Source: Octopus sinensis
Taxonomy: Eukaryota
Length of the DNA stretch: 64,000 nucleotides
Direction: 5' to 3'
NCBI RefSeq assembly: GCF_006345805.1
Contig: NC_043006.1
Location: 90,706,001 to 90,770,000 of the forward strand
In this document: piece by piece, positions 63,440 through 64,000 of the stretch
Position numbering within the stretch: position 1 is the first letter of the stretch
How the letters are laid out: each line of letters begins with the position of its first letter
Notes under the pieces: model-generated
Seen by the model: only the letters and a program-made list of their open reading frames with translations
What the model was told of the DNA's origin: nothing
Databases searched by the model: none
Made by a program: the position numbers and the translations under genes

Positions 63440-63780
63440 AGTGAATTTCGTCATATTACTCTCATATCTCTGGTGGCTTCTGCAACACACATGAACAACC
63501 TTGACGGTATTGAAAAGAAGACTCACACACCAACATGCTCCAACTTCTGACTCACAAATGTCTTGTCTCCTCACTTTGTGTGATCTATTGCCTGTATAAT
63601 GACCTCTGCTTTTCAAAATTGGTCTGTTGCATACCACCTCCATTCAGGCTCACACAAACATATCCATTTCCCCTCCTATTTTCATTTGTATTGTGTCTCA
63701 CTTCTAGGCTTGCACAAACCTTCCTCCTCACTGACAACAACTTGCAAATGTCCAAACTATTTAACTGAATAAATCTTGGA
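63440..63780 (+). mobile_element. CR1/L2/Jockey-group LINE RT C-terminal relic
   Basis: YSHI.GGASATHMNNLDGIEKK...LQLLTHKCLVSSLCVIYCLYNDLCFSKLVCCIPPPFR...NLPP resembles EYCSHVWGG...LDRVE.KA...LQPLSHRRNVSSL.LFYRY...WNSLP. Confidence 0.65.
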
Positions 63781-64000
63781 TGACCTGCAAAGGTCATTGG
63801 TTCTGCCTCATTTGCATTGTTAAAGAGAAGGTAGTCTACACTGGGTGATGTTTAAGAGGGCAGCATTTTATATATGTATTATGATTTACATTCATTTTAT
63901 GCTAAGGTGAGGAGGTGTGTGGGCTAATTCAGGGAATATCTATGGGAAAAGTTAAGGACTAGCTATGCTATTGAACTGCCCTTTCCTTCTGGCTAAGCCA

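Noticed and set aside
63470-63545. TTLTVLKRRLTHQH frame resembling a Penelope GIY-YIG segment
   Set aside because: Another frame gives a longer, collinear match to a CR1/L2-type RT C-terminus, so the resemblance is treated as chance.

Overview
This is AT-rich, microsatellite-dense eukaryotic genomic DNA. The SINE and LINE families are ones I recall from Octopus (coleoid cephalopod) assemblies, so the taxon is an inference from remembered repeat sequences, not a search result. I recognise no intact protein-coding gene, tRNA, rRNA or CRISPR array; most supplied ORFs are translations of microsatellites or repeats. The window is a nested transposon graveyard. It holds a full-length dead mariner with TIRs and TA target duplication (19974-21189) and two Helitrons: a non-autonomous copy with textbook ends (6736-7530) and an internally deleted copy that keeps part of the PIF1-like helicase and is split by a SINE with a 10-bp TSD (53055-55263). 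It also holds an RLE-type (R4/Dong-like) LINE end, many RTE LINE 3' ends, a CR1/L2-like relic, a Penelope-like GIY-YIG relic followed by a hammerhead-ribozyme-like fold, and at least three tRNA-derived SINE types. A few + strand splice signals, including a branch point/polypyrimidine/AG|GTAAGT site with a 23-nt microexon at 42140-42192, plus CpG decay in the repeats, suggest the window may lie in long introns of an unidentified + strand gene; this is unproven. The best leads are the Penelope hammerhead candidate, the recursive-splice-like site, two long fold-back hairpins (16346-16543, 47134-47408) and a chimeric RLE C-terminus. Coordinates of old repeats are approximate to tens of bp.
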